A DNA stretch of 64,000 nt, from positions 544,001 through 608,000 of the forward strand of contig CAVSGM010000003.1 of the NCBI GenBank assembly GCA_963727485.1, read 5' to 3'. Made by a program: the position numbers and the translations under genes. Positions 45,501 through 52,892 of this stretch are shown piece after piece; positions within the stretch are counted from its first letter, which is position 1, and each line of letters opens with the position of its first letter. Source of the DNA: an uncultured delta proteobacterium (GTDB taxonomy: Bacteria; Myxococcota; Myxococcia; SLRQ01). Under the pieces are notes generated by a model. The model did no database searches and was not told the DNA's origin. It saw nothing but the letters and a program-made list of their open reading frames with translations.

Positions 45501-46188
45501 CGAGGCGGAAGAGCTCGTCGAGGAGCTCCCGGTCCGGCGAGGCGAGGCGGGCGGCGCGGACCAGGGCGAAGAAGGCGCGGTCCCGGTCGCCGGCGGCCTC
45601 CCGGGTGCGGCTCTCGGCCCGGAGGACGGCGCGCTCGTCGGCGTCGCTCTCGCAGTCGGCGGCGAGGGCCTCGAGGGCCTCGAGCACCACCTCCGGGGGC
45701 AGGCCCCGCCCCACGAGGGCCTCACACTGGCGGATCACCGGGGACGCCGGCGCCGCGCCCGGGGCCGCGCCCGCGCCCGGGCCCGCGCCCGGGGTCCCGG
45801 TGGCCCCGGCCGGCGCCGCCGGGGTTCCGCCCCTCGTCGTCCCGGGCGTCGCCGCGCCGGTCCCGGGATCGGTCACGGCGCCGTCGTCGAGGGGCGGCGC
45901 GGCCACGGGCATCGGCTCCCCGCGCCCGCGCCGGGCCCGGCGCCCGCCGGGGAGGACCGGGACCTTCACCGTGGCCTCGCGCCCGCCGTCGGGGTCGTCG
46001 GGGCGATCGCCCCGCACCCGCCGGAAGGCCTCCTCGGCCCGGAGCCCGGCGGGGATGGTGATCTCGCCGGTGGGGATGTCGTCGAGGAAGCGCGCCTCGC
46101 CGAGGGTCTTCACCCCCAGCTCGAGGTCGCCCTCGGGGTCGGTCCCCTTCTGGGGCTCGTCCCCCTTGCCCTCGGTCTTGCCACCCAC
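39526..46188 (-). CDS. giant TPR-repeat protein (2220 aa), myxobacterial AgmK-like architecture
   Basis: Intact ORF with dozens of TPR-like units (AVNHYQRVVTVDPDNLEAL, AYEKALQLVPDHPGAQ); C-terminal RAGLLLAG...LRELVRFA...LRRKLG. Confidence 0.85.
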   Translation of the reverse strand: MGGKTEGKGDEPQKGTDPEGDLELGVKTLGEARFLDDIPTGEITIPAGLRAEEAFRRVRGDRPDDPDGGREATVKVPVLPGGRRARRGRGEPMPVAAPPLDDGAVTDPGTGAATPGTTRGGTPAAPAGATGTPGAGPGAGAAPGAAPASPVIRQCEALVGRGLPPEVVLEALEALAADCESDADERAVLRAESRTREAAGDRDRAFFALVRAARLASPDRELLDELFRLAVLTGTFAELAQVYESALAGALPPADRIYLHLKLGHLYGRELARPQAAVNHYQRVVTVDPDNLEALRRLGELHGRENRWREVARLKQQELEAVWRTTRDVARAAAVKRELARICEDRLDDRAAALVHYRELLDLTPGNPAAIASLERLGDPGGGETAREAFETLRDLYRRQGAYARLADLLAEGARTALKEGRALAAAGLHAEAAEVYETHLEDPGRAFIEAVRAIQILPQVGPEAEAARGATDGLLEVLFRTGRASRSHAQLAAVAEDLALRLGAGAGAAILVRIAEVDLEDLGEAGRAASRLARAVTLSGNDPALESRLEALYVSRGAWRELADFYRARAGRLDEVEARCELLFRLAELKETELADLAGAAKVYEEIVILRGGSAEALAALCRLLEKRRDWKGLVEALERAVTGATDLGEKKAALLKRAEIAATRLQDPRSARQDWQRVLALEPGCVEALQGLADTTEEEGDARETATALQESLGALGPGAPGRADGYRRLARLLGDQLGHPARARMAWEEVLAEAPGDAEAFARLRALYHQKDDALALVRILRERLAAEPRHHTDAPLWRRELIDALASLGRGDEVGAEWAAAVEADPADTEAIRELCAFHTARRNWPQVARALRHWIAASTGRPEKADLYVRLAEVARHQQGDTEGAVAAYEKALQLVPDHPGAQAALLDLYRDAGEDAKAFPLMERRARRLADPRERAAALQEIHEVGRRLAGAGDDAAAARAGEALEEACLLAPEDDGLWAELTSHLEAAGRAADLAGLLEARAARLEGSARAEALLRAALAHHQASGPEDLRGRERARRCLERARDAAEPGAGILGEILGQLRAAYTAAAAWEALAAILEDLADPVHTPDPSRRFALLDELAHILEQRLGRPEEAARVETAMVDLDAEPEAKDALLSRLADLHGRLGDWPKALEILERQIRLHRGSRREGVLRLAAATIAERRIGDPDRAVAHLRAALARLPGDEDVLARLERACLASGRHGELAAILGDAARRVDDDDRRGTLLLRAAGIKETTLGDLAGARADLEAVMALPEVSPPVAEEAVAGLVRLLSAMAAYADLAKLYEGLAAATGDPEVQGDLRVILGLVQEEQLHDEAAALAAYRAALAVDPDNTAALDGVARLAEAADDLDTAIEMRRQEASLALGGEAQAGRLTQVGRLLEARGDDAEALAAYRAAAEADPGALPARRALLRLLRLTGDDAGIIEVARILAARARSGGERAALLTEVGERLEAADDETGAAEAFAAALDADPDHPTAGAALAAIHLARGDAEAASALLERAARGLSPDADRETLAGVLAQAATASEILGRQAAATGHLEEALRLGPTRPATLDALARLLEARGDAPRAYEVLRTFADHADDLEAVDRADLLRRTAACLSAMGRPGDAASLLEQAQVLAPGDRRVLSDLATVFSATGRWAEVVEVRERLRHQASDPETRRRLDLDIASVWAEHLHDAGRAAEVLERALAEHPDDPAVLDALAREQRKLGAFLEAAGSLRRRLAGEPDPALRGQLQLRLADLLRDHLDDPVTAAECYQGALELAGEGPAVEAALSGLRELAARTRDAAPLAAGLAWLAGRRETGPTEAALVRELAEVRRYQLGDLAGAMAALSRLLDLEPDDLKAAEDLARLAERTGRKDDADAAWRRVLTASPFDVDAYRALLRLRDAAGDRDAAAMVASLLVLVDEADGPTRRLAEALDAGPRPARALTPSARETLLDHPGTRGPAADLVAALGAEGASLFAPTGRAARLRTGGSFTTSAGPFAERVAEALLLAVRTLGIPAADLHLAPAGGEAVFAPVLAPKPVLTVAPEVVAGHRALDAAALRFHAARALMGMRPGWVAARVLSLAELKQLVDAAVIFGGAAETLGAEAEAAARPLAARLEKALPAERRPGVGDAARRFAEARRVGDLITFAEAVEHSAVRAGLLLAGTPQAAVEALRIEGEVARQALRELVRFAIDPAHGALRRKLGLTIA

Positions 46189-46195
46189 CGGCCGA

Positions 46196-47389
46196 TCAGC
46201 TCTCTGCCCCGAAGGCGTCCTGGCCGGTGATGTAGCGGCCGAGGGCGAGGGTGTGGATGTCGTGGGTGCCCTCGTAGGTGCGCACCGTCTCCAGGTTGCA
46301 CAGGTGGCGCATGACGCCGTAGTCGAGGGTGATGCCGTTGGCGCCCATGATGTCCCGGGCGCTTCGGGCGCAGAGCAGCGCGGTGTCCACGCAGTCGCGC
46401 TTGGCGAAGCTGACCATCATCGGCGACAGCCGCCCCTCCTCCTTGAGCTTGCCGAGGCGCAGCATCAGGTGCTGGGCGTGGGTGAGCCGGGTGTGCATGT
46501 CCACGAGCTTCTGCTGCACCAGCTGGAAGGCGCCGATGGGCTTGCCGAACTGGGTGCGCTCCCCGGCGTAGTCCCGGGCCCGGGCGAAGCAGTCGATGGC
46601 GGCGCCCACCACCCCGAAGGCGATGCCGAAGCGCGCCTGGTTGAGGGTCTTCAGGGGCGCCCGCAGGCCCTCGGCCCCGGGGAGGATCGCGGTCTCGGGG
46701 ACCTCGCAGTCGTCGAGGTGCAGGGAGCTGGTGACCGAGCAGCGCATCGAGAGCTTGCCGTGGATGTCGGTGGCCTCGAAGCCCGGGGTCCCCTTCTCCA
46801 CCAGGAACCCCCGGATGCTCTCCGGCCCCTCGCCGGCGCCCTCGAGCTTGGCCCAGACGATGGCCACGTCGGCGATGGAGCCGTTGGTGATCCAGGTCTT
46901 CTCGCCCGAGAGCACGTAGCCGCCATCGGTCTTCCGCGCCCGGGTGCGCATGCCCCCGGGGTTGGAGCCGAAGTCGGGCTCGGTGAGGCCGAAGCAGCCC
47001 ACGGCCTTGCCCTCGCGCAGGGCGGGGAGCCACTGCTGCTTCTGCGCCTCGGTGCCGAAGGTGAAGATGGGCCACATGGCGAGCATCCCCTGGACGCTGG
47101 CCATGGAGCGCAATCCGCTGTCGCCGCGCTCGAGCTCCATCATCATCACCCCGTAGGTGAGCGGCGAGGCCCCGGGGCAGCCGTAGCCGTCGAGGGTGGC
47201 GCCGAAGAGGCCGAGCTCGGCCATCTTGGGGATGAGCTCGGTGGGGAAGGTGCCGGCCTCGTAGTGCCGGTCCACCCGCGGCAGGAACTCCCGGTCCACG
47301 AACTGGGCGACGGCCTCCCGGGCCGCGCGGGCCTCGTCGGGGAGCAGCTCGTCGAGGAGGAGGAAGTCGGTGAGGGCGCCGCAGTGCAT
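46196..47389 (-). CDS. acyl-CoA dehydrogenase, glutaryl-CoA dehydrogenase-like
   Basis: ELERGDSGLRS; GCFGLTEPDFGSNP; GEKTWITNG; RTQFGKPIGAFQ; YEGTHDIH. Confidence 0.93.
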   Translation of the reverse strand: MHCGALTDFLLLDELLPDEARAAREAVAQFVDREFLPRVDRHYEAGTFPTELIPKMAELGLFGATLDGYGCPGASPLTYGVMMMELERGDSGLRSMASVQGMLAMWPIFTFGTEAQKQQWLPALREGKAVGCFGLTEPDFGSNPGGMRTRARKTDGGYVLSGEKTWITNGSIADVAIVWAKLEGAGEGPESIRGFLVEKGTPGFEATDIHGKLSMRCSVTSSLHLDDCEVPETAILPGAEGLRAPLKTLNQARFGIAFGVVGAAIDCFARARDYAGERTQFGKPIGAFQLVQQKLVDMHTRLTHAQHLMLRLGKLKEEGRLSPMMVSFAKRDCVDTALLCARSARDIMGANGITLDYGVMRHLCNLETVRTYEGTHDIHTLALGRYITGQDAFGAES

Positions 47390-47406
47390 GTCGGCCTCGC
47401 TAGAGT

Positions 47407-47853
47407 TCAGGGAGCGGGCAGCTCCAGGGTGACGTCCACGACCTCGCCCGCCTTGAAGGTGACCTTCGCGTCCGCCGACTGCACCACACTTCCGTACTGG
47501 TCTTCGGCGTCCGCGGTGACGGTGATCTCGTCGCCGGGGCCCGTCTTCTGGCCGGGGAGGATGCTGAGGGTCTGGGGGAAGGTCTCGCCGATCTGGAAGG
47601 GCTTGGTCGTCTGGGCGATGGGCTGGCCCCCCTGGGTGACGATGATGACCATCGAGGTGAAGTCGGTGCCCGGGGTCAGGGGCCGGTCCTTGGGGGTGGT
47701 GAGGTGTACCATCACCGCCGTGGCGCCGCCGCAGGATATCGACCCGGCGACGAGGCCACCGGCAAGCGCCAGGGCGGCGAGGGTCCGCAGGGGAGGGTAG
47801 CCGCGGATCCGGGACCGCGCCCGGCCCCGGGCCACAGGTAAGCAGGCGCTCAT
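47407..47853 (-). CDS. hypothetical lipoprotein (beta-rich)
   Basis: Hydrophobic leader ending SISC; ATG overlaps the upstream TGA. Confidence 0.6.
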   Translation of the reverse strand: MSACLPVARGRARSRIRGYPPLRTLAALALAGGLVAGSISCGGATAVMVHLTTPKDRPLTPGTDFTSMVIIVTQGGQPIAQTTKPFQIGETFPQTLSILPGQKTGPGDEITVTADAEDQYGSVVQSADAKVTFKAGEVVDVTLELPAP

Positions 47854-48781
47854 GGGCGGCGCTCCGGGAGCTGGACGGTGCCCAGGCTCCCCTCGGGGAT
47901 GGGGACCGGCCTCGTGGCCGCGTAGGTCCCGGCGCCGGCGCCCACCACCACCGCCCCGGCGATGGCCCACACCCACCAGTGCTGGTACCACTTGGGCGGC
48001 ACCGGCTTCGGCTGCGGCTTCGGGGGCGGCGGCGGGATGTCCACGGCCTCGAGGCGCGAGGCGGGGACCACCTGGAGGCGGTGGGGGTGGGCGGGGGTGC
48101 CGCTCTGGTCGAGGACGGTGCCGTCGGCGCCGGCGGCGGCGACGTAGTAGTCGAGCTCGTAGCCCACCGGATCGGTGCCCGGGTCGGGGACGGTGAGGTA
48201 GGCCTGGAGGCCGCCGCCGATCCCCGGGTGCAGCCGCTGCTCGGTGTAGGGGCGGTCCGGGTCGAGGCGCCAGGCGACGTAGAGCTGGGCCACCCGGTGC
48301 TCGGGGTCGATGACCCGGGCGGCGATGCGCACCGGGCGGTTCCCGGCGGCGCGGAACACCGGGGTGTGGACCACCCGGACGGTCTTGGCCTTGAGGTGGG
48401 CGGCCAGCGCCCTCGCCACCGCGTCGGGGACCCAGTCAGGCGGCCGCCACGACGGGTCGATGCGCAACGCGGCGTCGAGGGCGGCGTCGGAGGCGGCGGG
48501 CCTGGGCGGGTCGACCCCGCGGAGGCAGACGGCGCGCATCCCCTGGATGTCCCGGAGGATGTCCTTGGGGTTGCCGGGGAAGCGGGCGGCGCCGTCGAGG
48601 TACTCGAGGCACTTGTCGTACTGCCCCGCCCGGGCCCGCTTGACGGCCTCGAGGAGGTACTGGTTCTTCGGAGCGGGCGCGGGCGCGGGCGGCGCGGCGC
48701 CTGGGCCCACGCCGCCGGGACGACCGCCCCGAGGGCGAGGGCCAGGACGATCCCCCGGCGAAGCTTCCCCGCGTGCACCAC
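47850..48781 (-). CDS. exported TPR-like + beta-sandwich protein with C-terminal WYxxWWxW membrane anchor (frameshift near 48710)
   Basis: Signal peptide ...AAWAQ; AALRIDPSW; C-terminal KWYQHWWVWAIAGAVVVGAGAG. Confidence 0.65.
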
Positions 48782-48810
48782 CCCCCGAGACTAGCGCGTC
48801 ACCAGGCGGC

Positions 48811-49764
48811 CTAGAAGCCCTCCGGGGCCGGGCCCCCGAGGGCGTCGACCACCGAGGCGAGGTCGCCGGGGATGGGGGCCACGAGGACCATCGGCCGGCC
48901 GGTCCGGGGGTGGTCGAGGGCGAGGCGGCCGGCGTGGAGGAGGGTGCGGCCGGGCTCGAGGCGCCGGCCGTCGGGGAAGGTGAGGGCCGCGGGGCCGCCG
49001 TAGCGGGTGTCGCCGAGGATCGGGGCGCCGAGGTGGGCGAGGTGGGCCCGGAGCTGGTGGGTGCGCCCGGTCTCGGGGTGGAGGCGCACCAGGGCGATGC
49101 CCCGGGGGTCGACCTCGCGGCCGAAGACCGCCTCCACCCGCCAGCCGGTCACCGCCGGGACCCCGCCCTCCTCCACCACCCGGAACCGGGCCTGCATCGC
49201 CGGGTCCCGGGCGAGGCGGGCCTCGAGGCGGCCCTCGGCGGGCTCGGGGACCCCGAGGGTCACCGCCAGGTACGTCTTGTCCACCCGGCCGGCGCGGAAG
49301 GCCTCGTTGAGCGCCGCGGTGGCGCGCCGGGTCCGGGCGAGGACGGTGACCCCGCTGGTCTCGAGATCGAGGCGGTGGACCAGGTGCACCGGGCGCCGGA
49401 GCGCGGCGGCGACCCGGTCGGGGAGGGCGTCGCCGGCGCGGGTCCGGGTGGCCTGGGCCGGGACGCCCGGGGGCTTGTCCACGGCCACCAGGTCCGCGTC
49501 CTTGTAGAGGAAGCGGTCCCGGGGGAGGGGCTCGGCGGGGGTGGCCCCGGGGGCCCGGCCGGCCTCCTCGAGGGTCACCTCGATCCGCTGGCCGGCGCGC
49601 AGGGGCCGGCTGGCCACCTTCACCCGATGGCCGTCGACGAAGACCGCCCCGGACGCCAGCGCCCGGCGCGCCTCGCCCCGGGACACGTCGCCCCGGGCGG
49701 CGATGACCTTGTCGAGGCGACCGCCGGCGTCGGCGTCGACGGTCTGGAACGCGAGGCGCCTCAG
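48811..49764 (-). CDS. RluA/RluD-family pseudouridine synthase with S4 domain
   Basis: RLDKV..SRGEAR; VDKPPG; VHRLDLETSG; ETGRTHQLRAHL; ILGDTRYG; LHA. Start uncertain (CTG at 49764). Confidence 0.9.
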   Translation of the reverse strand: MRRLAFQTVDADAGGRLDKVIAARGDVSRGEARRALASGAVFVDGHRVKVASRPLRAGQRIEVTLEEAGRAPGATPAEPLPRDRFLYKDADLVAVDKPPGVPAQATRTRAGDALPDRVAAALRRPVHLVHRLDLETSGVTVLARTRRATAALNEAFRAGRVDKTYLAVTLGVPEPAEGRLEARLARDPAMQARFRVVEEGGVPAVTGWRVEAVFGREVDPRGIALVRLHPETGRTHQLRAHLAHLGAPILGDTRYGGPAALTFPDGRRLEPGRTLLHAGRLALDHPRTGRPMVLVAPIPGDLASVVDALGGPAPEGF

Positions 49765-50051
49765 GCCGCGGACGCCTTGGAGCCCGAGGAGCCGGACCCG
49801 GAGGAGCTGCCGCCGGAGCCGGAGCCCGAGGCGGAGCCCGAGCCGGAGGACGAGGAGCCGCCGCCGCCCTTGAGGCCGTAGTGGTCCTTGTACCAACCGC
49901 CGCCCTTGAGGGTGAACGACGTGGCCGAGATGACCCGGCGCACCGGGCCGCCGCACTCGCCCTCGTGGGTCTCCAGGGCGTCCTCGCTCATCTTCTGCCA
50001 GACCTCGAAGGACTGCCCGCACTTGTCGCAGACGTACTCGTAGATGGGCAT
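49761..50051 (-). CDS. FmdB-family zinc-ribbon protein
   Basis: MPIYEYVCDKCG..FEV.QKMSE..LKGGGWY, Ser/Gly-rich tail. Confidence 0.9.
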   Translation of the reverse strand: MPIYEYVCDKCGQSFEVWQKMSEDALETHEGECGGPVRRVISATSFTLKGGGWYKDHYGLKGGGGSSSSGSGSASGSGSGGSSSGSGSSGSKASAA

Positions 50052-50351
50052 CTCGTGCTCCTTGACCCCGATAGGGTAAGCAGGAACCGGCGACGTCAAC
50101 CCCGGCTTCCCCGCGGGCGAGCCAGGCCGGTTCCGAGCGTATCGCCGACCATTCTACCGGGGCCGGGGCGGGTGGGTCCATGCCCCTTCGCGGGCGCGGT
50201 CCGGCGACGGCCTCCGGGCCCGCCCGGGATGATTCCGGCCACCTCGCTGTTGAGGGGGGCGAGCGAAGGTGATCCGGACCACGTGGGCTTGCCCGAAATG
50301 GCCCCCGGGCTACCTTCCGCAACGATTGGACCCCAGCCGGAGAGGTGGAAG

Positions 50352-51845
50352 ATGTCGCATCGACAGGATGGTGGAAGAAGGTGGAACCCGGTGCTGGCCG
50401 CGCTGCTCGTGGCCCCCCTGCTCACCCTGGTGACCTGCCTGGGCGGCACCCCCCAGGGCGCGGCGATGGCCGAGTCCGACGCCGCCGGCTCCGGGGGCAC
50501 CGCCGCCGCGGCCCCGGCGACCGCGAAGGTCAGCGGGCTGCCGAGCTTCGCGAACCTGGCCCAGGCCCTGACCCCCTCGGTGGTCAACGTCTCGACCACC
50601 CGGATCATCCGGCCCAAGCTGCCCCCGGGCCATCCCTACGGCGGCCAGGGCTTCGGTCCCTTCTGGCGCTTCTTCGGCCAGCCCCAGCAGCAGGGCCCCC
50701 AGAAGGTCCAGAGCCTGGGCTCGGGCTACGTCATCGACACCCAGGGCCACATCGTCACCAACAACCACGTGGTCGCCCACGCCGACAAGATCTTCGTCAC
50801 CTTCGTCGGCGACGATCACCAGTACCAGGCGAAGATTGTCGGGACCGACAAGCTCACCGACATCGCGGTGATCAAGGTCGAGCACCCGCCCAAGGACCTC
50901 AAGCCGGTGTCCTTCGGTGACTCGTCGAAGATGCGCGTCGGCGACTGGGTGGTCGCCATCGGCAACCCCTTCGGGCTGAACTCCACGGTGACCGCCGGGA
51001 TCATCAGCGCCAAGGGCCGCCACCTCGGCAGCTCCAGCTACGAGGACTTCCTCCAGACCGACGCCTCGATCAACCCCGGCAACTCCGGCGGCCCGCTGGT
51101 GGACCTCGAGGGCCAGGTCATCGGGATGAACTCGGCGATCTACAGCCGCAGCGGTGGCAACATCGGCATCGGCTTCGCCATCCCCAGCAACATCATCCAG
51201 AAGATCGTCCCCCAGCTCGAGCAGCACGGGAAGGTGACCCGGGGCTGGCTCGGCGTCTACATCCAGAAGGTCACCCACGACATGGCCGGAGCGCTCGGCC
51301 TGAAGGCCCCCGAGGGCGCCCTCATCGCCCAGGTGGTCGACGGCGGCCCGGCGTCGAAGGCCGGGATCAAGTCGGGCGACGTGATCCTCGCCTGGAACGG
51401 CGAGGCGGTGAAGGCCTCCGACGACCTGCCCTTCCTGGTGGCCCGGACCGCGCCGGGGACCAAGGCCAAGGTCACCCTGCTGCGCGACGGCAAGAAGAAG
51501 ACCCTCACCGTGAAGGTCGAGGCCCTGCCGGCCAACGGGAAGGTCTCGGCGAAGGGCGGGAGCCAGGGCGACCTGGGGCTCTCGGTGCAGCCGGTGACCC
51601 CCGACGTGGCGCGGCAGCTCGGCCTCGATCACGCCCGGGGCGTGGTGGTCACCCGCGTCGATCCGGGGAGCCCCGCCGACCAGGCGGGCCTCGACCAGGG
51701 CGACGTCATCCTGCGCATCGGCGACCGGGACATCCGGAACCAGGGCGACTACCAGGCGGCCATCGCCGGGGCCAAGAAGGGCAAGACGGTCCTGGTCCGG
51801 GCCTGGCGCGACGGGCACACGCTCTTCTTCGCCCTGCGCCCGTGA
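50352..51845 (+). CDS. degP: HtrA/DegP (Do) serine protease with two PDZ domains
   Basis: VTNNHVV; TDIAVIK; QTDASINPGNSGGPL; two PDZ-like regions. Confidence 0.93.
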   Translation: MSHRQDGGRRWNPVLAALLVAPLLTLVTCLGGTPQGAAMAESDAAGSGGTAAAAPATAKVSGLPSFANLAQALTPSVVNVSTTRIIRPKLPPGHPYGGQGFGPFWRFFGQPQQQGPQKVQSLGSGYVIDTQGHIVTNNHVVAHADKIFVTFVGDDHQYQAKIVGTDKLTDIAVIKVEHPPKDLKPVSFGDSSKMRVGDWVVAIGNPFGLNSTVTAGIISAKGRHLGSSSYEDFLQTDASINPGNSGGPLVDLEGQVIGMNSAIYSRSGGNIGIGFAIPSNIIQKIVPQLEQHGKVTRGWLGVYIQKVTHDMAGALGLKAPEGALIAQVVDGGPASKAGIKSGDVILAWNGEAVKASDDLPFLVARTAPGTKAKVTLLRDGKKKTLTVKVEALPANGKVSAKGGSQGDLGLSVQPVTPDVARQLGLDHARGVVVTRVDPGSPADQAGLDQGDVILRIGDRDIRNQGDYQAAIAGAKKGKTVLVRAWRDGHTLFFALRP

Positions 51846-51867
51846 CCGGATCCGTCGCAGGTATCCG

Positions 51868-51896
51868 TTGACGGGGCCGCCGTCCTTCCCTAGGTT
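51868..51896 (+). promoter_or_regulatory. sigma70-type promoter
   Basis: TTGACG-17 bp-TAGGTT before the response regulator. Confidence 0.5.
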
Positions 51897-51921
51897 CGAT
51901 CCGGGGGAGGGCGGAGGCCCC

Positions 51922-52314
51922 ATGGGCTTGCGCGTCCTGATCATCGAGGACAACCCGGATCACGCACTGCTGACGCGGTGGGCGCTGGAGCGCGACGGCC
52001 ATGTGGCGGCCGTGGAGGTCGCCGACGACGCCGTCGCGGTGGTCGACGGGCTCCGGGCCCGGGCCGCGGGCGACCGCCCGGACCTGGTGCTCGTGGACCT
52101 GAAGCTCCCCGGCGTCTCGGGCTTCGAGATCCTGGAGGCCCTCAAGGCCGAGGTGGCGACCCGGGAGATCCCGGTGGTCATCCTCTCGACCTCGGCGCGG
52201 GAAGAGGAGATTGCCCAGGGGATGCGCCGGGGGGCGCGGGCGTTCCTCACCAAGCCCCTCCAGGTGCCGGCGCTCCTCGAGGCCCTCGGGGTGCCCGGCG
52301 CGCCGGCGGGGTGA
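51922..52314 (+). CDS. single-domain response regulator
   Basis: IIEDN; PDLVLVDLKLPGVSG; ILSTS; FLTKP. Confidence 0.92.
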   Translation: MGLRVLIIEDNPDHALLTRWALERDGHVAAVEVADDAVAVVDGLRARAAGDRPDLVLVDLKLPGVSGFEILEALKAEVATREIPVVILSTSAREEEIAQGMRRGARAFLTKPLQVPALLEALGVPGAPAG

Positions 52315-52352
52315 CGGCGGGCGCGCCGCCGGCGTGAGGCCCGCCCGGCGCG

Positions 52353-52691
52353 CTAGCGCTTCTTGCGCAGGGCCCGCATGATCTTGGACTTGGTCGCCGA
52401 GTCCACCGGACGGGCGACCTCGTCCATCTCCTGGGTGTCCTCTTCGAGCTCGAGCCCCGCCTGGTGACGGCGCACCCGGCCGAGGAGTCGGGCCTCGAGC
52501 TCCTGGAGGGCCACGGCGGTGTCGGTGCCGGCCTCGGCCTTCAGGGGCAGGGCGGCGTCCGGGGCAAGGGCCGTTCCGGTCCGCATCCGCAGCGCGCGCT
52601 CCTCCTCGGGGGTGAGCTCCGGGGCGCTCCGGGTGCCGGGAAGCTCCGTCTCGGTGACGGTGCCGACGGGCCGCTTGCGATCGTGGGACAT
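52353..52691 (-). CDS. small hypothetical protein with sigma70 region-4-like segments
   Basis: LTPEEERALRMRTG; LQELEARLLGRVR; basic end TKSKIMRALRKKR; GAGG SD. Confidence 0.7.
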   Translation of the reverse strand: MSHDRKRPVGTVTETELPGTRSAPELTPEEERALRMRTGTALAPDAALPLKAEAGTDTAVALQELEARLLGRVRRHQAGLELEEDTQEMDEVARPVDSATKSKIMRALRKKR

Positions 52692-52754
52692 TTGGAAGAC
52701 CTCGCTGAAACCGCGTTCATGTGCGCGGATGACCACATCCGCCTCTCACCCTGG

Positions 52755-52783
52755 AGTCTACGAGGGGATGGCCGAGTGATCAA
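52755..52783 (-). promoter_or_regulatory. sigma70-type promoter
   Basis: Minus strand TTGATC-17 bp-TAGACT upstream of the ATG at 52691. Confidence 0.65.
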
Positions 52784-52892
52784 ATTTTCGACCGCTTTGG
52801 ATGTGCTCGGAATCACGAAAGAATTCCGATCCGCGGCAGAAAATCGACCGGGCCGGGGTGAACGGATGTCCCGTGGCGCGCCGGGCCGCCGC

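Noticed and set aside
49780..49870. GAGCCGGAGCCC-type short tandem repeats
   Set aside because: They encode the Ser/Gly tail of the FmdB protein
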